Shown in pieces: positions 11,858-22,466 of a DNA stretch of 64,000 nt. The stretch lies in NCBI GenBank assembly GCA_015075585.1, contig JABTUB010000001.1:1914274-1978273 (forward strand), in the 5' to 3' direction. Within the stretch, counting starts at the first letter, position 1. The number at the start of each line of letters is the position of its first letter. The notes beneath the pieces were generated by a model. It saw only the letters and a list, made by a program, of their open reading frames with translations, ran no database searches and was not told the DNA's origin. Position numbers and translations under genes: made by a program. The DNA is from Chloracidobacterium sp. Lineage in GTDB: Bacteria > Acidobacteriota > Blastocatellia > Pyrinomonadales > Pyrinomonadaceae.

Positions 11858-12817
11858 GTGATGAATATGAACGATATCCGTACCGCTGCGTTGACGATAA
11901 AGCCGTTCATCAAGCCTACGCCGCTCGAATACAGCCGCTCGCTGAGCAAGCGCTTCGGGTTCAATGCTTATGTAAAATACGAAATGTTTCAGCGAACCGG
12001 CTCTTTCAAGGTCCGCGGCGCCTTTAACAAGATGCTGACCCTCACCGAAGCGGAGCGCTCGAACGGCGTCGTCGCAGTAAGCGGCGGAAATCATGCACAA
12101 GCAGTTGCCTACGCCGCTGCCGCACTCGGCATCAGGGCGACGATCCTGATGGCAGAGAATACACCGTCAAATTACGTTGATGCTACGCGTTCGTACGGTG
12201 CAGCCGTTGAGCTGACACCGACGATCGCGGCAGCGTTCGAAAAGGCGGAGCAATATCAAAAAGCCGGACGCATCACTATTCACCCGTTTGACGATCCGCT
12301 TGTGATCGCGGGCCAAGGAACCGTGGCAGCGGAGGTGGTCGCAGATCTTCCGGAAGTGTCTGACATCATAGTGAGCATTGGCGGCGGCGGCCTTGCAGGA
12401 GGAGTTTGTACTGCGGCAAAGGGCCTGAACCCGCAGATACGAATTTGGGGCGTCGAAACGATCGGCGCCGATACGATGGCACGTTCGCTCGCTGCTGGAG
12501 AACCTGTCACATTACCGGAGATCACATCGATCGCAAGAACGCTCGGCTCGCCTTTTGTTACGGAACGCACCTTCGGCCTTGCAAAGCAGCATATCGAGAG
12601 CGTTACGGTTGTATCGGACGCGGACGCGGTTCGCGAAGTTCTCTATATTGCAAGTCGTCTCAAGGTGGTTGCTGAACCGGCTGCGGCGTGCACTGTGGCA
12701 GCGATCGAGGCTCTTCGCGGAAATTTCCAGCCGGAAAGCAATGTAGTTTTCATCCTGTGCGGAGGCAATACATCGATCGAGGATATTTGCGGAGCATTGC
12801 CGCTGACAGAGAGTTGA
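11858..12817 (+). CDS. PLP-dependent threonine/serine dehydratase (threonine ammonia-lyase, short form)
   Basis: PLP-lysine motif (QRTGSFKVRGAFN), glycine loop (GGGGLAGG), 319 aa with no ACT domain. Confidence 0.85.
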   Translation: MMNMNDIRTAALTIKPFIKPTPLEYSRSLSKRFGFNAYVKYEMFQRTGSFKVRGAFNKMLTLTEAERSNGVVAVSGGNHAQAVAYAAAALGIRATILMAENTPSNYVDATRSYGAAVELTPTIAAAFEKAEQYQKAGRITIHPFDDPLVIAGQGTVAAEVVADLPEVSDIIVSIGGGGLAGGVCTAAKGLNPQIRIWGVETIGADTMARSLAAGEPVTLPEITSIARTLGSPFVTERTFGLAKQHIESVTVVSDADAVREVLYIASRLKVVAEPAAACTVAAIEALRGNFQPESNVVFILCGGNTSIEDICGALPLTES

Positions 12818-12824
12818 ACAAAGC

Positions 12825-13481
12825 TTGCGAATACTTGCAAAAACGGGCGCCTCCAAAATAAAATCACCTCTTCACCGATATATTTCGGGACGGAGGTTCG
12901 TTGTGTCAATCTCACGGAATTTTCCTTTTGCGGTGGGGCTTACCGCGATCATCCTCTTTACGCTGCCGGCAGCCGCGCAAAGTATCAAAAAACGTCCGCG
13001 AAGAGCCGCGCAAACCGGCCCGGCCGCCGCTTCACTGGTAAGGCCCTGTGTGAGTAAATGGTCACTTTCTTCCGAGGAGGCGGCTCGACTGTTGGCCGAT
13101 CAGAACGCAGTACGGAACGAACTCGGCCTTCCGCCGCTGGTTTGGAACGCCAAATTGGCTGAGACGGCGTCGGAATGGGCGTGCAGAGGTAAGGCGGCTC
13201 ACAGGATCGATTCACCTTACGGTGAGAACATCTTTGTCGCATCAAATCCACAGATCGCGATCGAAAGGGTCGTTGCGGAATGGATGACCGAGAAACCGTA
13301 TTACAACACCGCCACCGGCGACTGCCGTTCTGACAAGACCTGTAATCACTATACTCAGATCACTTGGCGCCGCACATCCGCCGTGGGCTGCGGCATCAAC
13401 CGTTCCGCAACCGGAAAATGGCCGGTTCTCGTTGTGTGCAATTACGATCCGCCGGGGAACACAGGCGGTAAGGCCTTTTAG
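12825..13481 (+). CDS. CAP/SCP/PR-1-like secreted protein
   Basis: HYTQITWRRTSAVGCG and VVCNYDPPGN are CAP-domain signatures, and a signal/TM segment is present (FAVGLTAIILFTLPAAAQ). The start is uncertain; an alternative GTG lies at 12903. Confidence 0.8.
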   Translation: MRILAKTGASKIKSPLHRYISGRRFVVSISRNFPFAVGLTAIILFTLPAAAQSIKKRPRRAAQTGPAAASLVRPCVSKWSLSSEEAARLLADQNAVRNELGLPPLVWNAKLAETASEWACRGKAAHRIDSPYGENIFVASNPQIAIERVVAEWMTEKPYYNTATGDCRSDKTCNHYTQITWRRTSAVGCGINRSATGKWPVLVVCNYDPPGNTGGKAF

Positions 13482-13495
13482 AGGCTGCAGCAAAT

Positions 13496-14548
13496 ATGGA
13501 AGTCTTTGTTTATAGGCAAGGCGCTGATGCGGTTGAGACCGGCCTTGACAGAGAGCAGCTGCCCGAGCTGCTTGCGGATACGTCGAATGTAGTTTGGGTC
13601 GATCTGCAAGGCGAAACCCCCGAACAGATCGAGTACGCCCGCGATCTTCTGCAGAATGTCTTTCATTTTCATAAGCTGACCGTCGAGCGCTGCTTCGAAA
13701 CGCGAAATCCGCCAAAGGTCGAGGCGTTCGATAAATATATCTACCTTATAATCCACGGCATCAAACCCGGCGAGACAAGTACTGTAAACTTTGCGACAAA
13801 AGAGCTTGACGCATTTTTGGGTATCAACTTCGTCGTGACTTTTCATATTCAGCGGTTTCGCAGCATCAAGACCGTGAAGGATCAGCTCAGAACCAGCCCT
13901 TTTATTTGCCGGCGCGGCTCATCGTATTTGCTCCACCACATTCTGGACGAGATCATCGATCTTTATATGCCGGTCGTCGAAGATTTCGACAGGTCGATCA
14001 ACGCCCTCGAGGAGAAGGTCTTCGATATGAAACACCCGAGCAACACGGCCTTGAGCGAGATCATGGACCTCAGGCGGAGCGTTGCCCGGCTTCGACGCAT
14101 CTCTGCTCGTCAGCTTGATGTCCTTTATCGGATCTCGCACGGCGAATTTCCGCAGATACCTGCGAGCGTTCTGCCGTTCTACAGGGACGTTCACGATCAT
14201 CTCGTGCGTATTACCGACCTTGCTGAAGGATATCGGGACCTTATCAGCGGGCTTTTCGAGATCCATTTTTCGGTGCTTGCAACACGAACGAATGAGATAA
14301 TGAAAACCCTTGCGATCGTGTCCGCAATAATTCTTCCGCTTAGCCTTATCGCCGGTATTTATGGTATGAATTTTGAGAATATGCCGGAACTAAAGGCGGG
14401 TTACGGATACTACATCACGCTCGCAGTTATGGCGCTGATAGCGATATCTCTCCTTGGCTATTTCAAACGAAAAGGGTGGATCTTTCAGAGCGAGGACGAC
14501 CTGGCACCGAAATTGTTAAATCCGCCCGACGAGGAGTATGACAACTGA
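13496..14548 (+). CDS. corA: Magnesium/cobalt transporter CorA
   Basis: GMNFENMPE (GMN motif) lies between two C-terminal TM helices. 350 aa. Confidence 0.9.
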   Translation: MEVFVYRQGADAVETGLDREQLPELLADTSNVVWVDLQGETPEQIEYARDLLQNVFHFHKLTVERCFETRNPPKVEAFDKYIYLIIHGIKPGETSTVNFATKELDAFLGINFVVTFHIQRFRSIKTVKDQLRTSPFICRRGSSYLLHHILDEIIDLYMPVVEDFDRSINALEEKVFDMKHPSNTALSEIMDLRRSVARLRRISARQLDVLYRISHGEFPQIPASVLPFYRDVHDHLVRITDLAEGYRDLISGLFEIHFSVLATRTNEIMKTLAIVSAIILPLSLIAGIYGMNFENMPELKAGYGYYITLAVMALIAISLLGYFKRKGWIFQSEDDLAPKLLNPPDEEYDN

Positions 14549-14553
14549 GAGTT

Positions 14554-15081
14554 TTAGATGACTTGGGTCACCGCTGAGGCTGCCGCAAGGCAAATTCCGG
14601 CATACACGCCTGCAACAAGGTCATCCGCACAAATGCCAAGCCCGCCGCGAAGCTCCTGAAGGTCGTCTATAGGGTATGGCTTCCAAATATCAAACAGACG
14701 AAACAGGAGGAAGCCCGCAAGGATCCATTGCCAGCTTGACGTGACGGGAACGAACAAGAACGTAACGAGCTGCCCCATTACCTCATCAATGACAACCTGC
14801 GACGGATCCTCATTCCCAAGGAGCGGTATCGAGCGATCGGCTGCCCAAATCCCGAGTAGGCAAAGTCCGCCCAAGAGCAGCAAATGCAATGCCCAGGTCA
14901 TGGACGCCGGTCTTGACGATCCGAGCGCCGAGAGAGCCGCCGCAATATATATCGCAACTCCGACAGCTGATCCCCAAGTGCCGGGTGCAAGCGGCAAATA
15001 ACCGACGCCAACCGTTGAGATCGCTAAGGAAAGGCCGTCAAAAAGCCCTTTTGGTTCCTTCTTTTCAACGGCCTTTTTCAT
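14554..15081 (-). CDS. pgpA: Phosphatidylglycerophosphatase A
   Basis: GTWGSAVG, VIDEVMGQ and FRLFDIWKPYPI motifs of the PgpA family. Confidence 0.85.
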   Translation of the reverse strand: MKKAVEKKEPKGLFDGLSLAISTVGVGYLPLAPGTWGSAVGVAIYIAAALSALGSSRPASMTWALHLLLLGGLCLLGIWAADRSIPLLGNEDPSQVVIDEVMGQLVTFLFVPVTSSWQWILAGFLLFRLFDIWKPYPIDDLQELRGGLGICADDLVAGVYAGICLAAASAVTQVI

Positions 15082-15127
15082 TTAAGATCTCTGAGTAAAA
15101 AAAGTCGGGACAGCATAGGCCGAAGCA

Positions 15128-15709
15128 CTAGAATTCGATCCCCTGCTGAGCATATATCCCGGCGTTGAAGGGATGTTTGATCTCACGCATTTCGGTAACA
15201 AGGTCGGCCGCGTCTATCACCTTCTGCAACGCATTTTCAACATTCCTGCCTGATAATATCAAATGCAAGTGCGGCTGTTTTGCACGAACCTCCGCGATCT
15301 CAGCAAGCACCCTGTCAATATCCAGAAAGCCGTAGCTCATCACATACAGCAGCTCATCGAATACGAGCAGGTCATAGTCCTCGCTCCTCATCTTTTCGAG
15401 GCAAACTGCCCACGTTTCTTCGCTTGTCTTGATGTCTTGTGTTTTATCGTTGGTATCCCACGTAAAGCCGTCGCCCATAGTATGGATCTCAATACCGAGC
15501 TTTTCTAAGGATTCGTGCTCACCATAGCGATCATGCTTTGACTTCATGAATTGGACCATGCAGCAGTTAAGCCCGCGGCCCGCCGCGCGGACCATCGTAC
15601 CGATGGCCGCCGTGGTCTTGCCCTTACCGTCTCCGGTGTTGAGCATGAGCAGCCCTTTCGTGTTCTCGCGATAATCCTCGCGGCGCCATTTGTATCGTTT
15701 CTCAGCCAT
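15128..15709 (-). CDS. cobO: Cob(I)yrinic acid a,c-diamide adenosyltransferase (CobO/BtuR type)
   Basis: GDGKGKTTAAIG P-loop and ...DELLYV... motif. The ATG at 15709 is preferred over the TTG at 15730. Confidence 0.85.
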   Translation of the reverse strand: MAEKRYKWRREDYRENTKGLLMLNTGDGKGKTTAAIGTMVRAAGRGLNCCMVQFMKSKHDRYGEHESLEKLGIEIHTMGDGFTWDTNDKTQDIKTSEETWAVCLEKMRSEDYDLLVFDELLYVMSYGFLDIDRVLAEIAEVRAKQPHLHLILSGRNVENALQKVIDAADLVTEMREIKHPFNAGIYAQQGIEF

Positions 15710-15726
15710 CGTACTAATGCGGCCGC

Positions 15727-16698
15727 TCAATGGCCGCTTCCGTTATCGGCAGATCGCATGGCCGCCTGTACAGCGGTGGTCAATTTCAGTTCAACCTCAT
15801 CCCAGGTGCCTTCGATACCAAGCCCAGCGGCGTTCTTGTGGCCGCCGCCGCCGAAGCTCTCGGCTACCTTGGCGACATTTATGTCGCCCTTTGATCGCAG
15901 GCTTACGCGAAAGACGTTCTCGCCGATCTCACGGATATAAATAGACGCCTGAACATCGCGAGCGGCAAGGGGAATATTAACAAAGCCGTTATTATCGCCG
16001 TCTATCGCATGTGCGAGATCCTTCATCGCGATCGTTTGCCGAAGGATGCCGATACGGCCCGAACTGTCGCGCTTTACCGTATCGAGCACCTGCCGCATAA
16101 GCTCGATACGCGACCATGGGTAATTCGCGTAAACGGCTTCGCCGATCTTTGCCGGTTTCGCGCCTGCTTTGATGAGTTCGGATGCGACCTTAAGTGTCCT
16201 GTCCGATGTGTTCGGAAAGTGGAAAGATCCCGTGTCAGTCACCAGCGCCATATAGACACATTCGGCGATCTCCTTGGTAACGCGACCGCCGATGGCTTTA
16301 CAAAGGTTGTAGATCATTTCGCCGACCGCCGACGCTGTCGAGTCGATCCAGTTTATGGTGCCGAAGTGCTCACTGGTCGCATGGTGATCGATATTCACAG
16401 TGAACTGTTCGCGAAGCCCGGCGATGCCCGGCCTCTCTATGTCGCTGCATTCGATGACCAGAACCGCATCGTAGGCCCTGTCGATAGATCGAATATCGCG
16501 GATCGAATCGGCGCCCGGCAGCGTCCTGTATGCAGGCGGCACATCACCGTTAACGATCACCTCTGATCGCTTTCCCAACGACAACAGGAGCCAATGAAGA
16601 CCGAGTGAAGAACCGACGCCGTCACCATCCGGTTTGATGTGGGTGGTTATCGCAAAATCGCTCTTGCTTTCAATTAATTCAACTACCTGACTTAACAC
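15727..16698 (-). CDS. nrnA: DHH/DHHA1 phosphoesterase (NrnA-like oligoribonuclease/pAp phosphatase)
   Basis: HIKPDGDGVGS, NIDHH and a C-terminal GGGGHKNAAG (DHHA1) motif. Sits directly downstream of rbfA. Confidence 0.85.
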   Translation of the reverse strand: MLSQVVELIESKSDFAITTHIKPDGDGVGSSLGLHWLLLSLGKRSEVIVNGDVPPAYRTLPGADSIRDIRSIDRAYDAVLVIECSDIERPGIAGLREQFTVNIDHHATSEHFGTINWIDSTASAVGEMIYNLCKAIGGRVTKEIAECVYMALVTDTGSFHFPNTSDRTLKVASELIKAGAKPAKIGEAVYANYPWSRIELMRQVLDTVKRDSSGRIGILRQTIAMKDLAHAIDGDNNGFVNIPLAARDVQASIYIREIGENVFRVSLRSKGDINVAKVAESFGGGGHKNAAGLGIEGTWDEVELKLTTAVQAAMRSADNGSGH

Positions 16699-16707
16699 TT
16701 CTTACAA

Positions 16708-17100
16708 TTACGATGTCAGATGCTGTTCATCTGAACCTTCGTTCGAATTATCCTCAGCCTGCGGCGGTATATCCAGCGTTTCAAGAAGCTCGTTCACACG
16801 CGCGGCGTTCTCTTCGGCCGAATCTCTGACGAAGTGGATGTGCGGCGCATACCGCAGATCCAAATTTCTGGCGACCTGCTGCCGAATGAATGATCCCGCA
16901 TGCTTTAGAGACCGAATGGCCGCAGTTACCTCGTCCTCAGTTCCCGATATGAGAACATAGACCTTTGCGTCTCTAAGGTCATCAGCGACCTCAACATCCG
17001 TTACCGTCACCGCTTGAAGCCGCGGATCATCAAGCTCGTAACCCGCGACCTCGGCTATCTCTTCCTTCAAACTTTCGGCAAAACGTTCAGGACGACGCAT
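16708..17100 (-). CDS. rbfA: Ribosome-binding factor A
   Basis: 130 aa with RPERFAESLKEEIAEV...DLRDAKVYV. Conserved position after infB. Confidence 0.9.
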   Translation of the reverse strand: MRRPERFAESLKEEIAEVAGYELDDPRLQAVTVTDVEVADDLRDAKVYVLISGTEDEVTAAIRSLKHAGSFIRQQVARNLDLRYAPHIHFVRDSAEENAARVNELLETLDIPPQAEDNSNEGSDEQHLTS

Positions 17101-17152
17101 AAAGCCACCTCAAGTACCGGCGATGATCGATCAACCGGTGCCGTTCGGGAGA

Positions 17153-19855
17153 TCAAAGTTCCGTCGCGGCGATTTTTTCGATCACGAATGCCTCGATCTC
17201 GTCATTGATCTTGATATCGTTAAAGTTAACGAGGCTAATACCGCACTCGAACCCTTGCTTGACCTCGTTGACATCGTCTTTGAAACGCCGAAGCGCGGCA
17301 ATGTCGCCTTCCCACGTTACGACACCGTCGCGGATCAAGCGAGCCTTTGCTTGGCGCCGTATGACGCCCTCCGTAACGCGGCAGCCTGCGATCGTTCCGA
17401 TACGCGAGACCTTGAACAACTCCTGCACAACGGCCTTGCCGAGGATCGCTTCCTTCTCGATCGCATCGAGCATACCGATCATCGCGGCCTTTATCTCTTC
17501 TTCGACCTTGTAGATGATCGAATGCAGACGGATATCGACCTCTTCGTGATGCGCGACATCGGCAGCCCGCGATTCCGGCCGCACGTTAAAGCCGATGATC
17601 ACGACCGCCGTACCCGTCTCTTCGGTCTGCGTCGCAGATGCGAGCAGTACATCGGATTCATTGATGGCACCGACACCCGCGCGGATCACGCGAACCTTGA
17701 CCTTATCGGTCGAAAGCTTTTCAAGCGTTGACCTGAGCACCTCGACCGAACCTTGTACGTCTGCCTTGAGGATGATCAGCAGTTCCTTGATCTCTGCCTG
17801 GCCGAGAGACTCGATGCCGCGCTTCGTGGTCTTAAGCATTGCCGCCTGACGCGCGTGCATCTGACGCTTTTGAGCAATATCCTGTGCTTTTTCGACATCG
17901 GAAACGACCTGGAATGTGTCGCCTGCCTGCGGAACGCCCTGAAGGCCGAGTATCTCAACCGGAGTTGCCGGAGCCGCTTCTGTTACGGCTTCGCCTCGGT
18001 CAGAGAACATAGCGCGAACCTTGCCCGAGAACTGTCCGACGATGAACGGGTCGCCCACATGGAGCGTACCCTGCTGCACAAGGGCGGTGGCGACCGCACC
18101 GCGGCCTTTATCGAGTTTTGCTTCGAGCACCACGCCGGAGGCCCGCCGCGTCGGGCTTGCTTTAAGTGCAAGGAGGTCGGCCTGTAAGAGAACTGTTTCG
18201 AGAAGCGTTTCGAGACCGTCGCGGTTCTTTGCCGAAACAGGCACCATCTCGGTCTCGCCGCCCCACTCGATCGGCTGCAGACCGAGCGCCGCGAGGCCCT
18301 GTTTGACCTTATCGGGGTTTGCTCCCGGTTTATCTATCTTGTTGATGGCGACAATTATCGGCACTCCCGCGGCCTTTGAGTGATCGACCGCCTCGATCGT
18401 CTGCGGCATTACTCCGTCATCAGCGGCAACCACAAGGATCACAATATCCGTAGCCCTAGCACCGCGTGCACGCATCATCGTGAACGCCTCGTGGCCCGGA
18501 GTATCGAGGAATACAACACGACGCGGATTTTCGGGGTCGTCCGCGTTCGGCACAAAGACGCTGTAGGCACCGATATGCTGCGTGATGCCGCCGGCCTCAC
18601 CGCTCGCAACGTTCGCCGAACGTATCGCATCTAGCAACGAGGTCTTTCCGTGATCGACGTGGCCCATTACCGTGATCACCGGAGCGCGCGGCAATTCGAC
18701 GTCATCGGCATCCGCCGCGATCAGCTCCTCGAACTCCTGTTCGATGACCATTTCTTCGAATGGCACAAAGCTGACCTCAAATCCAAGTTCCGCGGCCATT
18801 TCATGGGCCATCTTTTCACCGATCGGCTGATTAAGAGTGGCGAAAACTCCACGCTTGATCAGAAGCTGGACGATATCACGCGGTGTGATGCCCATCGCCT
18901 CCGCAAATTCGCGGACAGTAGCTCCATCGACCAGACGAATGACGCGCGGATTAGCCGCATCGACCTTTCCGACCTGATCGAGAACGCGTTCCTCGATGGT
19001 GCGCTTCTGCGGTACCTCAATATCACGTTCGGCAAACCTTGCACCCTTATCATCCTTTCCTTTTCGCCCGCCGGAGCGTCCGGGCCGCCTGCGATTATCC
19101 GGCGGCGGCGTATAGGTCATCTTCGGAGCCGATGACTCGCCGGGAGTGCCGCGGAACTCGCCGCGTTTTCGCGGATCGTTGCGTCCGTCGCCGACAAGAC
19201 GACCCGTCTTGGTCGGTGTGTCGGACACGAGTTTGTCGCCGACCTTTATTCCGCGTTTTTTCGCCTCGTCGGTCAGTGTCAATGTTTTGCGGATAATGCC
19301 GGTCTTACTTGTCGAAGGTGCAGTATCTGATGACTTCGGTGCAGCCTCTTGCTCATCGGTCTCGTCCGAGGCAGCGACGACCGGCTCAGCAACTTCTTCT
19401 TTTTCTTCTGCCTCAGGCTGCTCCGCGGCCTTCTTCTTTAGGGTCTTGGTGATAACCTTGGCGGGTTTCTCAGACACATCTTCAGGCTCGGCAGGCCCGG
19501 TCTTTGACGGAACAAGGACCTTGACCTTTGCAACCGTTTTTCTCGGCTTCGCGTCCTCTTCCGAGGCCGACGGTTCAACGACCGGCTCCACGGGCTTCTC
19601 GACATCTTCGGCCGGCTCGGCGACCTTTTCAGCAGCTTCTTTCTTTGCCTTGATGACCTTGATCGCTCTTTTTGGAGCAGGCTCCGCCTTTGTTACATAC
19701 TTCTGCCGAAGCTTTTCCGCAAACTCATTATTGACCGAGTTGGATGCGACACTAACATCCGCGCCAAGACGACGCAGCTCCTCGATCACGCGCTTTGTAT
19801 CGAGTTTCAACTCGTGCGCAAGGTCGTAAACTCGAACTGATTTTCGAACTGCCAT
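17153..19855 (-). CDS. infB: Translation initiation factor IF-2
   Basis: G-domain ([26 protein letters not shown]), a low-complexity K/E/P/A-rich N-region and [10 protein letters not shown] at the N-terminus. ATG at 19855; the ORF extends to a TTG at 19873. Confidence 0.95.
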   Translation of the reverse strand: MAVRKSVRVYDLAHELKLDTKRVIEELRRLGADVSVASNSVNNEFAEKLRQKYVTKAEPAPKRAIKVIKAKKEAAEKVAEPAEDVEKPVEPVVEPSASEEDAKPRKTVAKVKVLVPSKTGPAEPEDVSEKPAKVITKTLKKKAAEQPEAEEKEEVAEPVVAASDETDEQEAAPKSSDTAPSTSKTGIIRKTLTLTDEAKKRGIKVGDKLVSDTPTKTGRLVGDGRNDPRKRGEFRGTPGESSAPKMTYTPPPDNRRRPGRSGGRKGKDDKGARFAERDIEVPQKRTIEERVLDQVGKVDAANPRVIRLVDGATVREFAEAMGITPRDIVQLLIKRGVFATLNQPIGEKMAHEMAAELGFEVSFVPFEEMVIEQEFEELIAADADDVELPRAPVITVMGHVDHGKTSLLDAIRSANVASGEAGGITQHIGAYSVFVPNADDPENPRRVVFLDTPGHEAFTMMRARGARATDIVILVVAADDGVMPQTIEAVDHSKAAGVPIIVAINKIDKPGANPDKVKQGLAALGLQPIEWGGETEMVPVSAKNRDGLETLLETVLLQADLLALKASPTRRASGVVLEAKLDKGRGAVATALVQQGTLHVGDPFIVGQFSGKVRAMFSDRGEAVTEAAPATPVEILGLQGVPQAGDTFQVVSDVEKAQDIAQKRQMHARQAAMLKTTKRGIESLGQAEIKELLIILKADVQGSVEVLRSTLEKLSTDKVKVRVIRAGVGAINESDVLLASATQTEETGTAVVIIGFNVRPESRAADVAHHEEVDIRLHSIIYKVEEEIKAAMIGMLDAIEKEAILGKAVVQELFKVSRIGTIAGCRVTEGVIRRQAKARLIRDGVVTWEGDIAALRRFKDDVNEVKQGFECGISLVNFNDIKINDEIEAFVIEKIAATEL

Positions 19856-19937
19856 AAAAAGTCTGTCGGTCAAGTGTCCGAACTACTCGGACATCACAAA
19901 AGGCCCGGCACAATGCTTGAGCACAGGCTGAATGCTC

Positions 19938-21383
19938 TTACTGCACGGGGGTTTCATCCGCATCGCCGGTTTCGCCGCTGTCCGCTTCCGAAACCTCTTC
20001 AGAAGGCTCTGCGGCCGCAACCGCATCGGTATCTGATTCATCAAAAACATCTTCAACTGCCGATCCGGCACCACTTTCGTCGCTGTTTTCCTCGGCATTC
20101 TTTGCAGCGACGATGGCGGTAGCCGATGCCAAGATCGACTGAGCCTCATCAAAACTGACATCAAGGAAATCAACAAGGTCATCAATGCTTGTCGCCGCGA
20201 GAGCCTCGACGTCAGTGATGCCTTTTTCGCTCAGATCTTCAGCCTGCGAAGATGTCACCATATCGAGAGCCGTGATCGGAACCGCTTCACCTGAGGCCAT
20301 CATCCGGCCCATCTGCCTAGCAACCTCGGCCTTAAGCAATTCTTCGCTGATGATCTTGATATCCCAGCCTACAAGTCCGGCAGCGAGCCGAACATTCTGC
20401 CCTTTCTTTCCTATCGCAAGACTCAGCTGATCTTCGCCGACGATCACTTCCATCTGTCGATTGACGATGTCGGTTATGCGAACCTGCGAAACCTTCGCCG
20501 GCGAAAGAGCATTCGCCGCAAATACCGACGGTTCGTCAGACCATTCGATAATGTCGATCTTCTCGCCGCGAAGCTCCTTTATGATCGCCTGAACGCGCGA
20601 CCCCTTCATACCGACACACGCGCCGACCGGATCCACGTCCTTTTCGTTTGACGTAACTGCGATCTTTGCTCTGTCGCCAGGTTCGCGTACGCAGGATTTG
20701 ATCACAACCGTTTCGTCATAGATCTCCGGCACTTCCATCTCGAACAGCCGCTTCAGCAATTCCGCCGACGCTCTCGAGCCTTTGATCTGCTGTCCGCGTT
20801 GAAACTCGTCCAACACATCAATGATCACGACACGGATACGCTCGCCCTGATTCCACATCTCGCCCCGCGACTGCTCCTTTCGCGGCACTATCGCCTCAAG
20901 GTTATTTCCGAGGTCAATGATCATATCTCCACGCTCGAAGCGCTTCACAGTACCATTGATAAGCTCACCTTTTCGGTCGATATACTCTTCAAAGACCTTC
21001 TTTCGGATCGCTTCACGAACCTTTTGGACGAGTATTTGTTTTGCTGTCTGCGCGGCAATTCGTCCCATTTCCTCCTGCGGAAGCGGGATCAAAAGCTTGT
21101 CATCCAGATCGACATCATCACCGGCCATCTCGCGGGCCTCGTCGAGTGAGAGTTCGGCCGACGGGTTCTCGACCTCCGCGACTACGGTCTTTTCGACCGA
21201 GATCTCTATCATTCCGTCCTCGGAGTTCCATTCGACCTGAATGCTGTCGGTCTTATCCTGCACACGGAACTGTTTACGAGCAGCGGCCTTTACCGCCTCT
21301 TTCATGGCCTCAATGACCATATTGCGGTCAAGCCCTTGCTCGTTGCAAAGTATGTCGATACTCTGTCCAATCGATGATGTCAT
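19938..21383 (-). CDS. nusA: Transcription termination/antitermination factor NusA
   Basis: S1 and KH domains (GACVGMKGSRVQAI, AIGKKGQNVRLA) and an acidic C-terminal tail. Confidence 0.95.
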   Translation of the reverse strand: MTSSIGQSIDILCNEQGLDRNMVIEAMKEAVKAAARKQFRVQDKTDSIQVEWNSEDGMIEISVEKTVVAEVENPSAELSLDEAREMAGDDVDLDDKLLIPLPQEEMGRIAAQTAKQILVQKVREAIRKKVFEEYIDRKGELINGTVKRFERGDMIIDLGNNLEAIVPRKEQSRGEMWNQGERIRVVIIDVLDEFQRGQQIKGSRASAELLKRLFEMEVPEIYDETVVIKSCVREPGDRAKIAVTSNEKDVDPVGACVGMKGSRVQAIIKELRGEKIDIIEWSDEPSVFAANALSPAKVSQVRITDIVNRQMEVIVGEDQLSLAIGKKGQNVRLAAGLVGWDIKIISEELLKAEVARQMGRMMASGEAVPITALDMVTSSQAEDLSEKGITDVEALAATSIDDLVDFLDVSFDEAQSILASATAIVAAKNAEENSDESGAGSAVEDVFDESDTDAVAAAEPSEEVSEADSGETGDADETPVQ

Positions 21384-21428
21384 AACCTTATTCGGTATCA
21401 GCGGCGATGCTGCCCCGCTGCTTCTAAA

Positions 21429-21962
21429 CTATCGTTTCCTCAATTCCTCACTGAGGTCCATCTTCAAATTCGCTTTCACTACATCCGAGTACGGGAGCGT
21501 TACTGTTCCGGAAGTTCGGTCAGTGATCGTAACGTCCTCATCGTTCACGCTGTCGAGAGTACCGACGAAAGTCTTTTGACCGTTCAGGCCGAGCCTTGCC
21601 TTGACCTTCACAAGAGCACCCGTGAACCTGACCATATCGTCGAGGTTGTAAAGCTCGCGCTCGATGCCCGGCGACGATATCTCTAGGACGTACTTTCCGG
21701 GTATGAGGTCGTCGGCATCAAGGATCGCCTCCGTCTCACCCGAGAACTCGCTGCAGTCATCGAGCGTAATGCCGCCCGGCTTATCTATAAAGATACGGAC
21801 GACAGAATCGCGCTTTGTGCCCGCGATCTCAGAGTGCACGAACTCGACTCCGAGCTTGGCGGCCGTCCTGACCGCGATCTTCCTGACCATTTCTTCGATC
21901 GAATTACTTGTCACTTTGCCGGTCAACTTCTCCAAAAATAAAAAGTGGGCACCATGACCCAC
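21429..21962 (-). CDS. rimP: Ribosome maturation factor RimP
   Basis: SIEEMVRKIA...GVEFVHSEI...VRIFIDKPGGITLDDC...LEISSPGIEREL. The start codon is uncertain (GTG at 21962, or an internal site). Confidence 0.85.
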   Translation of the reverse strand: MGHGAHFLFLEKLTGKVTSNSIEEMVRKIAVRTAAKLGVEFVHSEIAGTKRDSVVRIFIDKPGGITLDDCSEFSGETEAILDADDLIPGKYVLEISSPGIERELYNLDDMVRFTGALVKVKARLGLNGQKTFVGTLDSVNDEDVTITDRTSGTVTLPYSDVVKANLKMDLSEELRKR

Positions 21963-22037
21963 TCGACACGTTCAGCGGCACGCATCTCAGCAAACAGTTA
22001 GTTTAGCTCAGTTCGCCCATTTAATGCAAGCATCGCT

Positions 22038-22442
22038 CTAGAGCAGCTTGCGAATATTCACGACCGTCTTTTCGATCTCGGCCAATTTAGATTCAATAGG
22101 CTTGAAGCGCTTACCGACAGGATCGCTGCTGAATTCTTCGCCAAGCACGGCGAGGTCGCGGGCAGAAGCGATAAGACCTGTTGTCTCCCGCTCGATCGCC
22201 CGTGCCGAATCAGGCCGTGCATCCGAGCATTTCTTTGCTTCGGCAACTCCCCAGTGCGTAAGCCTCAGGATGTTCCGTCTCGACTCGGTCACCCATCCTT
22301 CGGACTTCAGTTGTGAAACGATGTCGTCGATACTTGGAAAGTATCCTTCGCGTTTCGTTATCTCAACGAAATCGACGTCGTTCGTTTCGCGCCCGCCGGC
22401 GGCCTCATAGACCTTAACCAGCATCTTGTGATAAGTGTCCAT
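22038..22442 (-). CDS. Hypothetical protein
   Basis: 134-aa ORF between the ROK kinase gene and rimP. The N-terminal part could be winged-helix-like. I recognise no family. Confidence 0.45.
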   Translation of the reverse strand: MDTYHKMLVKVYEAAGGRETNDVDFVEITKREGYFPSIDDIVSQLKSEGWVTESRRNILRLTHWGVAEAKKCSDARPDSARAIERETTGLIASARDLAVLGEEFSSDPVGKRFKPIESKLAEIEKTVVNIRKLL

Positions 22443-22466
22443 AGCTATTCAGATATTATCCAAGGG

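Noticed and set aside
17123-19829. Plus-strand ORFs antisense to infB (202 aa, 144 aa, 161 aa, 227 aa)
   Set aside because: They lie entirely within the IF-2 coding region. Their composition is repetitive (S/A/R-rich), they have no RBS, and they match no family.
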